A stretch of 64,000 nucleotides of DNA from assembly GCA_964035545.1 (NCBI GenBank), contig OZ037769.1:6119929-6183928 (forward strand), written 5' to 3'. Of this stretch, positions 1 through 12,800 are shown piece by piece. Position numbers and translations under genes: made by a program. How positions within the stretch are numbered: position 1 is the first letter of the stretch; each line of letters opens with the position of its first letter. This stretch comes from Bugula neritina (Eukaryota > Animalia > Bryozoa). The notes below the pieces were generated by a model, which did no database searches, was not told the origin of the DNA, and saw only the letters and a program-made list of their open reading frames with translations.

Positions 1-101
1 GATACAATTGTTAATGCAGTTAATAGCATTATCTGAATGTAATAACTATTGCCAATTGTACAGGTGAATGAGTTGTTACTACTGCTAGAGTGTAAACTTT
101 T

Positions 102-127
102 TGTTTACATCGGTTACGCTTAGCGAC
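102..127 (+). promoter_or_regulatory. Candidate forkhead (FOXJ1-type) site plus RFX X-box-like element upstream of the EFCAB6-like gene
   Basis: TGTTTAC at 102-108, closely followed by GTTACG-CTT-AGCGAC at 113-127 (X-box-like GTNNCN-N3-RGYRAC), ~230 nt upstream of the ATG. Motif match only. Confidence 0.35.
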
Positions 128-358
128 CACATTAAAACTATAGCATTAACCTTTAATTTACTATTTAATGTTATCTGAAATGAAGGTAACTACCTAATTA
201 TAGTTCAATTTAACTATTCCACAGGTATGTTATTATACTAATAGTTATTTATCAATAAATATGTAAGAATACTAATCAGGTTTATCATTTGTATGTAGTC
301 TGTATGACAAGTTGTATTTTATGTTGCTCTTGCTGCCGCTATGTTGAATAGATTGAAG

Positions 359-3300
359 ATGAGTCGTCCGGCATCCATGGCATCTGGGCGATTGCCGGTG
401 CTGCCACACATCAAGCATCCCCTGTCTGATTTAACGCCTGGAGATCGAGTAGGAGGTATCAATACCAGCAGACTGGGTGATCTGAATGGCCGTCCTTTGG
501 GTACTGAGGAACGGCCATTCTCTCGACCTCGTTCTAATCTGTTCAACAGACGCCATGTTATTAAAGGTACTCTATTACATATGATACAGTGTACCACCAT
601 GTAGTCTAGCTTAAACTGGGGTTATATGCGTGTTGACAAGTTTGCTAAACCTAGTTTCCTTACTACTCACTATGGATCACTGTTGTTAGGACTTATCCTT
701 TGCTTTTCAGCTCCATCAACATATTTTTGGTAGAATTTACTATAGAGCATGGTATGTGAAGCTCTAATTTAATTATTGTGATAATATCAAAATGAGTTTC
801 TGTGAACACATTGTAGCTGCTGCTGAGAAGAATCCCAATGCTCATCACCACATAACTGAACGCAAGTATACAGAAGCCGGGGCAGGTCAAGACTGCGTTG
901 ATAGAGAAGTACTAAGTCCTTATGTTGGAGACCGTGGCTATAGAGACATTAAAACACCGTCTAGCCGTCCAGGTAACTGTAGACATGCAATCAGCTACTA
1001 TATGCTGTTAAATGTTGCCGCAACGTCATATCTGTAATCTCTCTTGCCTCTTGGATTTTGGGAGGTTAATATTACAATAAACTGTATAAATAGACTTTAT
1101 AAGCATTATAAGAATGTGTTACAACCTATGCAATTTCAGACCTATAATATCATAACGTTACATTGAATATGCACACTTTTAAGCCTTTTAGAAAAAAAAT
1201 TCAACACAATTTAAATGTTTATGTCTGCACATTGCACAGCCATCTTCAAACAACATTTCTATGATTAAGCTCTTTAAAATCACCAGAGCTGCTGTAAATA
1301 GAGTCGATTATTATCTTCCTCCAATAGATTCTAAACCACTGGTCATTCCAAGAGATGGTAATAGGCTGTCATCCCGTAGTTCAACTAGAGCTGATCTCAG
1401 ACTAGAAGTTGACGAATTAGAAGCTGTTATCAGAGAAAAGTGCCGAAATAATCAAACAGAGGTTCAGAAAAGGTTTAGAGATAATGACGCCCAAGGCCAC
1501 GGTACAATTACCAGGTATAGCCATTGCAACAAGCTGATCGTCTACAAACAGGAAATAACAAACCTGATCATTTGCTAAAAGCACTTTAATATTTTGCTGT
1601 TAATATTGTAGATGTGCTTATTTTATTTGTTTTCTAATAACTATGTAGTTAAGGACTAAATGACAGTAGCCTACATCTTTTCATATACAGCTATTCCATT
1701 TACTTCCTATGTATGTGTTGTGGTAAACGCACTGTTGTTTCTGTCCATAGAGATGCCCTTCTCCGTGTGATTGTCACTCTAACAGCTCGTCCTGTCAGTC
1801 ACCTGCTCTTTCAACGTCTTCTTGTCAGATTCGGAATCGAGGATCAAACAAGTTTCACATATTCTGATTTTATTGATAGGTATGCATGGAGTTTTATGTT
1901 TTCTTTATAGTTCGTCACTAAACGTTATCATATCTAATTAAAATTTTTAATGTGTAGCAGGTCTTATTAGTTATTTGTTCCGATTTGCTATCTCATATTT
2001 GTGAGCAAATTAGTTAATGGAGATTGTCTACTTGTACAAAACTATAAAATTATTATAACAATATAAAATTATACATGCTTCACACTACAATGAATGAATT
2101 TATCAATATAATTTAAATATTTTACTGCCTACCACCTTTCTAGATCTAACTCAATGCCTGGAAATCCAGCTAACTATCCTAAATGGATAACCACAATGCA
2201 TCAGCCATACAAAGATAAATCTACAATGACCTCTACGCAGGTTCATACTGTGCTAAAGGAGAAAGCAAAGCAGAGGTAAATATTCTACTATTGTATTGGC
2301 TTTAAGAATTTTAATTGATTGTCCACCAGCATGTAAAGAAATATGTGTAAAGAAATACATGAAATTTCTATTACGACTGCAATTCCTTTTTCATTTCTTA
2401 CAGAGCTTTGAACCTGTTTAATCTGGTGCCTCAAGCTAATCCTGACGGTACGAGGCGTCTGCTTAAACCCGAGTTTCGCTCCGCATTAGCTAAACAGCTA
2501 CAAGTCAACATGACAGACGAAGAATTTGAAAAGTTGTGGCAGGTGAGTCATTCTACAAAGCTATGTGTGCTCTGTCATAGTGTCAAAGGCTTTTTCAGCT
2601 AAATGTTAGGCTTTAAACACATTATGTTATGCCAACTTCACATTTTTATTCTAACCATTCAGTCATTTGCTCTTACTGTCATATCATTATTCAAAAGTTA
2701 TAAAGTAAAAGACTTTTTAGGAATGTACGATTTAGAAAATTTTAAAAGCTGTGGGTCTCAACATTTAAATGTTTAACCCACAATTTAATTTCGAAAAACA
2801 TAAATTATGTTTTTTAAAACAATGCATATCGTAATTGTATTTATAGGCCATTTATGAAATTTTTGTTGAGCCTCACAAGTATTTTGTATGCTTTAGTAAA
2901 GTATGAAAGAGTTAAAATTCCATTTTAGAGGTATGATGAACAAAATGTGGGTGTTATTGATGGAGCTACTCTTGCTAGTAAATTGGGAATATTTTCTGAT
3001 GGAAGGGCAACTCCCAAACCTGAAGATCTGAGTAAGGGAATTATATATAGAATATTTTGTTTCTAGTATATTATATATACATTTATAATGTATTCACACT
3101 TCTGTTAATTTTTATACATAATTTAGAACTAATTAGCAACTTGCAGTCTTATAATTTGTTACATGATGGAGATTATGCACCAACTTTATTTACCAAGCCT
3201 CAATTTGAAAGACGTTATATGATTGTTTTACCCATGAAGTTTCACTAAATGTTTGATATAACTATCATGTTGAGGTCAATATTTTTCAGCCAACTGTTTA

Positions 3301-6300
3301 AAGCGTAAAGAAGAAGACAGACAGAGATCTCTGGACGTAGAACGGTGGATCAAAAACAAGTTTAGACAAGGCTATCACGATATGAAGACCGCGTTCAGAC
3401 AAAATATTAGCAGCCATAATGGCATGGTGAGCCAGTTGTATGATTCTGTTTGATTAGTTAAATTTCATAAACATTTTTATCAAGGCTTGAACCAATAGTT
3501 AATTGTACAGTAATTCACAGTTTGCTTGCATATAATTTATTATATGCAGTAATTAAATAATCAGTAAACATCTGGCATGTTCTACAATTATGAGTATCTC
3601 TACACTATAGATCCCTGCCAAGGAGTTCTGTAGTATCCTTGAGAAATATGGGCTGCGAATCACCTTGACCCACCTGGACGAGTTTCTCGCCAGATGTGGA
3701 GTTGTACAGACTAAACACGGAGTGCCCTACATGGTAAGCATGCTTGCGCGATTGCATATGTTGTTGTATTGTATCCTGAAAATCATTTTTTATATTCACC
3801 AAGTTTTAAAAACGGACTTGATAAAGAACTTAGAGTGATTTGTGTTCTTTGTGTCATAGTGTATTTTATTGAATTTTATTTAAATGTTTAGTATTTTATT
3901 GCATGGTATGGTATCGCAATGAAATTAGTAAGTAAACTGAACTTAGTGTATGTTTGTACATAGAAATTCCTGAAGATGTTTCAAGATCGAAGTGAAGTGG
4001 GGATGACTCACAAAATTCTAGCTGACCCACATCACCGCTACAATCACTTAGCGGGAGACGACGCAATGTCCACAATGTCAGCATTCGAGTCTCAGCTAAT
4101 GACCTTATTCCAAAGAGACTTTTTGTCATTGCTTGGAACTTTTCAGTAAGTATCATGTAAAATGATAGTAAAATGAATGATTTCCTGCGCACTTCAAAGT
4201 CTCAACTTATGCATTATCTCATGAGCTACAAGTTGATTGGAGAGCTTTGTGATGTCTGATAGGCTGACGATCACTCGCCCAGTTACCTGATTGGCTGATC
4301 TATCCATATTAACAGGCCGCCAAACTTATGTCTCACAAATAGTCATAAATGCAAGTCTATATTACACTTGTAGCTCATTAGACGAGCACAGACAAGGCTT
4401 CATAAAACCAGACCAGTTTAGAGGTGCCATAGAGAATGCATTTGACCTTCACCTTACAGATGAGCAGTTTTCTTCTCTGCTCGACCACGTACCTCTTAAT
4501 AAACACGGTGAAGTCAGATACCCAGAATTCATGGCCCAGTTTGATACCAGGTAATATCATATTTTGCTACTTTCTGTTACCAGGTAATGCCATATTCTGT
4601 TACTCTTAATCTGTTGCCAGGTAATTCCATTTTTTGTTACATTTAGTTAGTTACCAGGCAATATTTACTTGGTAAATTCTGGACACTTGCTTAAATGTAC
4701 AAATATTTACATTGTCAGCAAACTATCTGAAAGCTGATCTGTTTTTTTGTACTTTCTCTCTTTTTTCTGCTGGCATGAGATCTGCAGCTCCTGCCCAGTA
4801 TCAAATGTAAAAGTTTTACACAACATTTTATGGAGCAGCTGTGGCCTGGTGATGAACAGACTGCCAAATCTCATAAGAATAATCAATTATAATCTAAAAT
4901 TAGTATCCATTTGCAAGTAGAGCATTTGTGCTACTTTAAAAATTTGTAAACATTTTTTGACAGCTTGCTTAGCATAATACGTCTTTAACCTGCCAATAAA
5001 ACGATTTTGATCTAAAATAATTAATAAATCCTGCCCTTTTTTCAGCAAAAACCTTCTGACATACTTCAGAGTAGTTTAACACATGAACTGGTGCTGTAAA
5101 TCGTATGACAGACTTTTGTTCTTTGAGTTCATAAAATAAATTTCTCAGCAACAAGTCAAACCTGTAATATTTTATTTTGACAACTACAGAGGAGAAACAC
5201 AAAGCTTACTGAGTGACTCAGTCGCTCGGCCGGAAAGTGAAATGGAGATCTCTCTTGGACAGGAAGTAAGGCGAAATGTCAGCGAAGTGGCTGATATAAT
5301 TAGACAGCTTCTAACTGATGACTTCGAGAGAGTTGAACAGGCCTATTCGCAATCGGAAGCATACAGCTCACAAAAGCTGACCCAGGAGAATCTGTATGGA
5401 TTGCTCAGACAGTACGTAGGCTGTGTGAATACATTTCATATAAGATTGGGATACCCAGTTGTGGTTTAGACTTTCATTGATTGAACGCAAAATGAAGTTA
5501 TTTAATGTACTGTAGTCCAAGGATATAAGTTTTTAGTGATTTTATTGTTGCTAAATATAAGTATTTAACTTTTTAAATTTTTACTTGGGCTCTGTTTGCA
5601 AACAAAGCTTGAAATAAATTTTTAATTCGCAGGTGTAGTAATACCGATTATGTTGGTTAACCTATAGACACTGGGAAGTCAATGTGTGGCTGATTCTACT
5701 AAATAGATGTTAGTAACTTGAAGATGTAACATTTTCTCTTTGCGTAGGTTCACGTATCCCCCAGTGACCCGTGGTGAGATTAGAGAGTTGTGGTCTACTT
5801 TACACACCAACAAAGACAATTCCTTGTCATGGCTACAGTTTATATCAAACTTTGGCTTTACTGGTCAAACTCCTTCTTACGTCAACTCTCACAAAAACCC
5901 TCCAAAAAGAGGAGACTTGGATTATAGCCTTCGATCTAAAAAATTTAATAGCGATTTTGAAATTCTTCAAGATGGAACCAGACAAAAGGTGACGTATGAT
6001 AGACAAACACAATTTTAATTCTTCTACCATGAACTTCTATTAGCAATCGAACATTATTTTTGCAACAAAATTTATTTATTAGGTAATGCTTCTAGTTGGG
6101 CAGCAGCAAAGTTCAAACTTTTAACCCAGCTTATAAATGATTAAGCTGTGTGCTGCAGCACCTAAGAATAGCATGCAACAAAAGTCAGCAGTAATTAGTA
6201 ACAGTTTTACATGACTGAAAACGTCATCAGCATGAGCACAAAATTTATGACAAAACAAAATCGTCTGAGCATACAACCCCCAAACAGTATCTAGATGATA

Positions 6301-9175
6301 GCTAAGATGTACAATAATCTTTTAATGTTGTATAACTGAAGTATGCTAGGGATTCTTTACATTGTTTTAATTAGATCTTCAAAGCCACAAAGTAGACCTG
6401 CATTCTAATTTAAGCAGTCTCACCAGCATCATGTCTTTGGATCTTTGTGTAGATGGAGTATAGATATCTGTGTAGATAGAGTATAGATATCTGTGTAGAG
6501 AGAGTATAGATATTTGTGTAGAGAGAGTATAGATATATGTGTAGATAGAATATAGATATCTGTGTAGATAGAGTATAGATATCTGTGTAGGTAGAGTATA
6601 GATATTTGTGTAGATAGAGTATAAATATCTGTGTAGATAGAGTATAGATATCTGTGTAGATAGAGTATAGATATCTGTGTAGATAGAGTATAGATATCTG
6701 TGTAGATAGAGTATAGATATCTGTGTAGGTAGAGTATAGATATCTGTGTAGATAGAGTATAGATATCTGTGTAGATAGAGTATAGATAACTGTGTAGATA
6801 GAGTATAGATATCTGTGTAGGTAGAGTATAGATATCTGTGTAGATAGAGTATAGATATCTGTGTAGGTAGAGTATAGATATCTGTGTAGATAGAGTATAG
6901 ATATCTGTGTAGGTAGAGTATAGATATCTGTGTAGATAGAGTATAGATATCTGTGTAGATAGAGTATAGATATCTGTGTAGATAGAGTATAGATATCTGT
7001 GTAGATAGAGTATAGATATCTGTGTAGATAGAGTATAGATATCTGTGTAGATAGAGTATAGATATATGTGTAGATAGAGTATAGATATCTGTGTAGGTAG
7101 AGTATAGATATCTGTGTAGATAGAGTATAGATATCTGTGTAGGTAGAGTATAGATGGGAAGACTTACGAAGGTGTTTCGTAGCCTTAGACCCTCACAAAA
7201 CAGGCTGCGTGTCTGATAGGGAGTTCTATGACGTGGTGAATGAAGTCTGTGTGCACCTCAGTCTGTATGACCTTGAGCAAGCTATGAAAAGACATGCAGC
7301 AACTGATTCCAGGTGAGTCATGTTTTATAGCATCACTATTATCTTGTTAATATCTTTGTTAATATCATCGATTTTTCACCATTTCTTTGGCCTATAATAG
7401 CTACATTCATGCCTACAGGCAAATTTTATCCAATGAAAGCCCTTCCCTACTAATCTTGCCGCCTATAGTTTTCAAAAAAAATTAAGTTATGTTTTTAATG
7501 CTTGTGTCCTTTTTTCCTACCTCCACTATAACTTTAGCATTAAAATTGAGTTTATAATAAAATATTGTTCACGGAAATGACCTATCTAATCTAAACTATG
7601 TGAGATGACAAATGAAACCCTCCAAAAGCGTTTTACAACAGACAATACAATTAGGCAATAGTGATTATGGTGATATATGGGTTATGGAATTACTTTTGTA
7701 AATACAATACAGAGCAGCCATTTAGCATGTGTAACATGGTACATGTTGTGCTAGGCTGGTCGGTAACAACCTCAGCGAGATGATTGGTTATGCTAGGGAG
7801 AGTATAAGGTGCAATTGAAATGTGTCACATTGAAATAAGCTCTTAATGTATTTCTTGAGCACAATTTGAGACAAAATCATTTAATTAATATTTGCTATTG
7901 GTATCAAAACAATCACATCTGGGTATATGTTACATTTGGCTTACTCATAAATAATGCCAACACATGAAAGTGTTTTTCTAAACTGCAATGAGAGTTTAGT
8001 GTCAAAATCTCTCTTCTGTATTTTTCAGAGTAAACTATGTGAGTTTCCTGACTGAGTTTGGCCCCAAGAAGGAGGTCTGGCACACTGGTAATGACATGTT
8101 CAGCCTACTTACCCATCCCAGGACCCCTCTAGGTATTGGGGACGTGGTAGAACCACCGCAGAGAGGCCTGATTGGAATTTCAGCTAAACTCAGAAATACG
8201 GTATGCACGTACAAGTCGAACACTAGCAGTTCATTATTGGTAATTGAGTATTTTGTACATTTTCACTTGCTGGACATGTGTAACACCAACATTTACTAAA
8301 ATGACAGTGTTTCATGTATTATATAATCATAACATTATATAATTGGCAGCATTATCACTATTATGGATAATTTATTATTTTTCAGTTGTCTGGTAGTTGG
8401 AAGAACCTGAGAAGAGCCTTCCAAAAGTTAGATAAGAATGGGTCAGGGTTCTTACCCCTCCCACATTTCAGAAGTGTTCTGCAGTTGGCTAATGTAGTGC
8501 TTGATGAAGATGAGGTAAAATATTCTACAGATTAAAAGTAAAAAGTATAACTAAATACATTTAAATGATTATACTGCTGATTAATATACTATCTATCTGG
8601 TTACTAATATTATATTTAGAGTATTAGAAAACACAATAGTTTACAAGCTGTTACCAATGTGTTAAATATCAGTCATTCTTACAAGTAGCTTACTTTTAGT
8701 CCTCACTTACGCTGATGCATTGTGGGAAGTTTTTACTGCAAATAACATTAATTCTAAATAACCAAAACGTTCATCATTACTGAATCTCTTCACATACCTG
8801 TTGTTCCAAAAATTACTAGTTCAACTTGTACAATGTGTTTCTAATAATGGCAGAACTCCTTTTAATAAAATGCTCTTCTAGAATATAAATTGAAGACTAT
8901 ACAGAATTTTTGTAGTGACTCGTTGTGTTACTAGCTACTAGATGTTGTAGTTATCTCCTCTTCTCATTACTCAGGTTTACCACGTGATGTCACAGCTAGA
9001 TCAAGACCTTACTGGCCGACTAGACTATAACAAGTTTCTTGGTGAGCTGTTTCGGCCGGAAAGTCAGCGATCTTCTACAAGACAGTCAGGATTACTGCCT
9101 CTCAGTAGACAATCGGCCAGACTATCTGCCAAAGTAGAGAACAAGGCGTCCCGTACTAGAGTCTCCATAGCCTAA
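359..9175 (+). CDS. EFCAB6: EF-hand calcium-binding domain-containing protein 6-like, 17 exons, ~935 aa
   Basis: GT-AG exons with consistent phases: 359-566, 817-972, 1328-1514, 1751-1879, 2144-2275, 2404-2542, 2929-3031, 3290-3426, 3611-3733, 3964-4145, 4374-4550, 5190-5411, 5748-5988, 7143-7312, 8029-8200, 8386-8514, 8975-9175; total 2808 nt, open to TAA. Many EF-hand-like loops (DNDAQGHGTI, DEHRQGFIKPDQF, DPHKTGCVSDREF, DKNGSGFLPLPHF, DQDLTGRLDYNKF). Family call is from recognition; it may be an EFCAB6-like paralogue. Confidence 0.85.
4545..4662 (+). repeat. Degenerate ~35-bp tandem duplication spanning the exon 11 donor site
   Basis: taccag|gtaat at 4550 recurs as ccaggtaat at ~4583 and ~4620 and as taccaggcaat at ~4657. 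Confidence 0.7.
6445..7155 (+). repeat. 23-bp minisatellite (~31 copies) whose last unit is the exon 14 acceptor and first codons
   Basis: Unit atctgtgtag(a/g)tagagtatagat; the last copy reads tgtgtag|GTA GAG TAT AGA TGG (VEYRW). Confidence 0.95.
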
Positions 9176-9891
9176 GGTCCAACAGGACTGCTACAATTAC
9201 ACATTGGAACTGTTCTGGTTCTCAGTCACCTGTGAACCTCGTCATGAGTGTTGCTCAGTCAACTAGCTTTTCAATTTACTAACAAATTAGGAGAATATAA
9301 CTCCTTGAGTGTGAGACTGAGTATTCCCAAATTTTTGCTACAATGTTATTGAGTTTATTATGCCTGCCTGGGCTCATAGTAATTGTGCTGCCTTACCACA
9401 AGTAGGGTGGGAGATATATCAGTACTATTGAAATTTATATCTATCTTGTGAGTGTTACCAACACTTAGTATTTTATACTCATTCAAGAACAAAAAATTAC
9501 TAAATTGTAATATATTTCACAGAAATTGACATAAACCTGCGTTTTTTATGTTACGGAAAGCATGAGAAAAGTTATGTAAGTCTTTCATATATTATAATTT
9601 TATTATGAAAATTGAATATATATAAACTATAACACAGTATTTTTTTATTTTGTATAGCACAAGTTTTTCATCATGAAAATATGTTTTGTAATGAAATATT
9701 TTATTAGTTAATTCAACTTATAAATTAAATATACATATATATGTATCTTAGCAACCTGAACCTTATCATGAGTGAACATTAAAAGTTTATAATCTCGACT
9801 AACTCACGGTGCACTACCAAGTTACTGGGAGCCACACCTGAGGGAATTATGAAAACGTATTGGATACAAAATATTAATTATCTAAAGGCTG

Positions 9892-12800
9892 CTACTCCCA
9901 GCTTTCCCAGTCATCGTCAAGATTTATATCTTCCTACAAATTGATAGAAAATAATAATTGATTTAGTAACAAAAAGTATTATAACATATACAATGATATT
10001 CAAAGCCTTATCAATATTAAAAATATAATGGTATACACTATACAGAGTTTTCAACAGTTTTAAATAATATACACATAGCTATAATTTTAGTCTCGCGTGT
10101 GAAATACCTAAATAAGGTCAGCTATTTCCGCACACATAAAAGACAACTAACAGTAAACTAATAAAACGAGGGCCTCGCATTCCCTCATTATGGAAATTCC
10201 CAATGACTCTTATTAATGGCTGGGCATACTGCTTACTGATATAATGTGCCTGAGAAAATAACTTCTAAAAATGATGTTTTAGTTACCAGTTTATGCCAGC
10301 AATTTTTTTCGATCCCCCAATACTTAAAATGTTAAGTGGCTGACACTAAACTAAAGACACTTCTCCTTTGTTTGAAATCAAAGCCTCTTACTTGCTGTCT
10401 TAGAACATCATTCACATGAACATGTGTGCCACAATCGATACACACAGTGGATACACACAGTGGATACACACAGTAGATACATAGAATAGATGCATAGAAT
10501 AGACACATAGAATAGATACATAGAATAGACACATAGAATAGATACATAGAATAGATACATAGAATAGATACATAGAATAGATACATAGAATAGATGCATA
10601 GAATAGACACATAGAATAGATACATAGAATAGACACATAGAATAGATACATAGAATAGACACATAGAATAGATACATAGAATAGATACATAGAATAGATG
10701 CATAGAATAGACACATAGAATAGATACATAGAATAGACACATAGAATAGATACATAGAATAGATACATAGAATAGATACATAGAATAGATACATAGAATA
10801 GATGCATAGAATAGACACATAGAATAGATACATAGAATAGACACATAGAATAGATACATAGAATAGACACATAGAATAGATACATAGAATAGATACATAG
10901 AATAGATGCATAGAATAGACACATAGAATAGATACATAGAATAGATACATAGAATAGATACATAGAATAGATACATAGAATAGATACATAGAATAGATAC
11001 ATAGAATAGATGCGTAGAACAGATACATAGAATAGATACATAGAATAGATGCATAGAATAGATGCATAGAATAGATACTTAGAATAGATGCATAGAATAG
11101 ATACATAAAATAGATACATAAAATAGATACATAGAATAGATACATAGAATAGCTCACCTTCCCAGCACTGATCTGCTCAGCCAGCTCTTGGACAGCCTTC
11201 AAATCTTCCCCAAACAAGTCTTTATCCCAGTCATCATCCAGACCACTTGACTCTGTAACAGTACACCTAGTCATACAATGTGTCCTTACTAGTAACTAGT
11301 ACACCTAGTCATACAATGTTCCCTTACTAGTAACTAGTACACCTAGTCATACAATGTGCCCTTACTAGTAACTAGTACACCTAGTCATACAATGTTCCCT
11401 TATTAGTAACTAATACACCTAGTCATACAATGTGCTCTTACTAGTAACTAATACACAGTCATACAATGTTCCCTTATTAGTAACTAATACACCTAGTCAT
11501 ACAATGTGCTCTTACTAGTAACAGTACACCTAGTCATACAATGTTCCCTTACTAATAATTAGCAGTGAGTACTACACTCTAACTGTGTGCTCAACCCACT
11601 GCATGCTTTGCATCTACAAGTGTATATAAAACACAGCAGAGCAGCAGCAAATATATTCATAACAAGTAGGAAGGAGAGCAGTTGAAACTTAAATTTGTTT
11701 TCCCTCGTCACCCACGCTGTGTAACATCAGCATCAGTCAAATAGATTTACAAGATATTCCGTTGAAGTCATATAAAATTAGCAACAAATAAAGATGCTGA
11801 AGTCCACATCCCCCTCTCTACGGAGTAACCCGCCCCCCTCCTCTCCGCTCCCCCCCCCAGAAAGTAAGTAACTTACTTGTTGAGCCAACAGAGCTGGCAG
11901 GAGTTGGTCTGTCAGATCCAACCATCAGGAAATCTCCTTTCTCTTTCACCGCCACTTTCTTCCCTCCCTCATCAATTGAAACAAGATCCACTTTATCCGC
12001 CGAGTCTGTCAAAGTGTCAGACTTGGCTTTTTCTTGTGCTGTGAGATTTCTCACCTCTCCGTGTTCCTTCTTTGAGTTGCTAGTCACTACTTCTGTCTCA
12101 GGTGTTGTTACAGAATCTGCAAGAAAAAACTAGTAGCCATTAAACCATGAAACGTCCTGCAACACCAAACCATACTTTATAAAGAGTTGTGTGTGTATAG
12201 TGATTTTAAACCTGTATAGCACATAAGATATAATGATATATACACTACAAAATAGAACATAGTCGTATACTACATTAATACACTACTGATTATATTATCA
12301 GTAATAACATATTGAATAGCACTTAGTATACAAAAAACATGCATACTTTGAGGTGAAGGCTGAACATCTGATTGGTTCCTTAATTCCAAATCTTCTTCTG
12401 TCGCATGTTTGGGAGTTGTCTCCACAGCACTTGCAACAGGAGTTGTCTCCACAGCACTTGTGGCAGGAGTTGTCTCCACAGCACTTGTGACAGGAGTTGT
12501 CTTCACAGCACTTGTGGCAGGAGTTGTCTCCACAGCACTTGCGACAGGAGTTGTCTTCACAGCACTTGTGGCCGGAGTTGTCTCCACAGCACTTGCAACA
12601 GGAGTTGTCTTGACAGCACTTGTGGCAGGAGTTGTCTTGACAGCACTTGTGGTAGGAGTTGTCTCCACATCACTTGTGGCCGGAGTTGCCTCCACAGATT
12701 GAGTTTTACTGTCAGATGGAAGAGAGTCAGCTACTACAGGTGCAGACGGATCAACAAGTACAGACGTTGGAATGTTCACAGACGGTGTCCCCTGATGAGT

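Noticed and set aside
10332-11274. Three long hydrophobic ORFs (235-288 aa, YSMYLFYVSILCI repeats)
   Set aside because: Translation artefacts of a stop-free 13-bp intronic minisatellite; only 11252-11158 is a real BSDC1 exon
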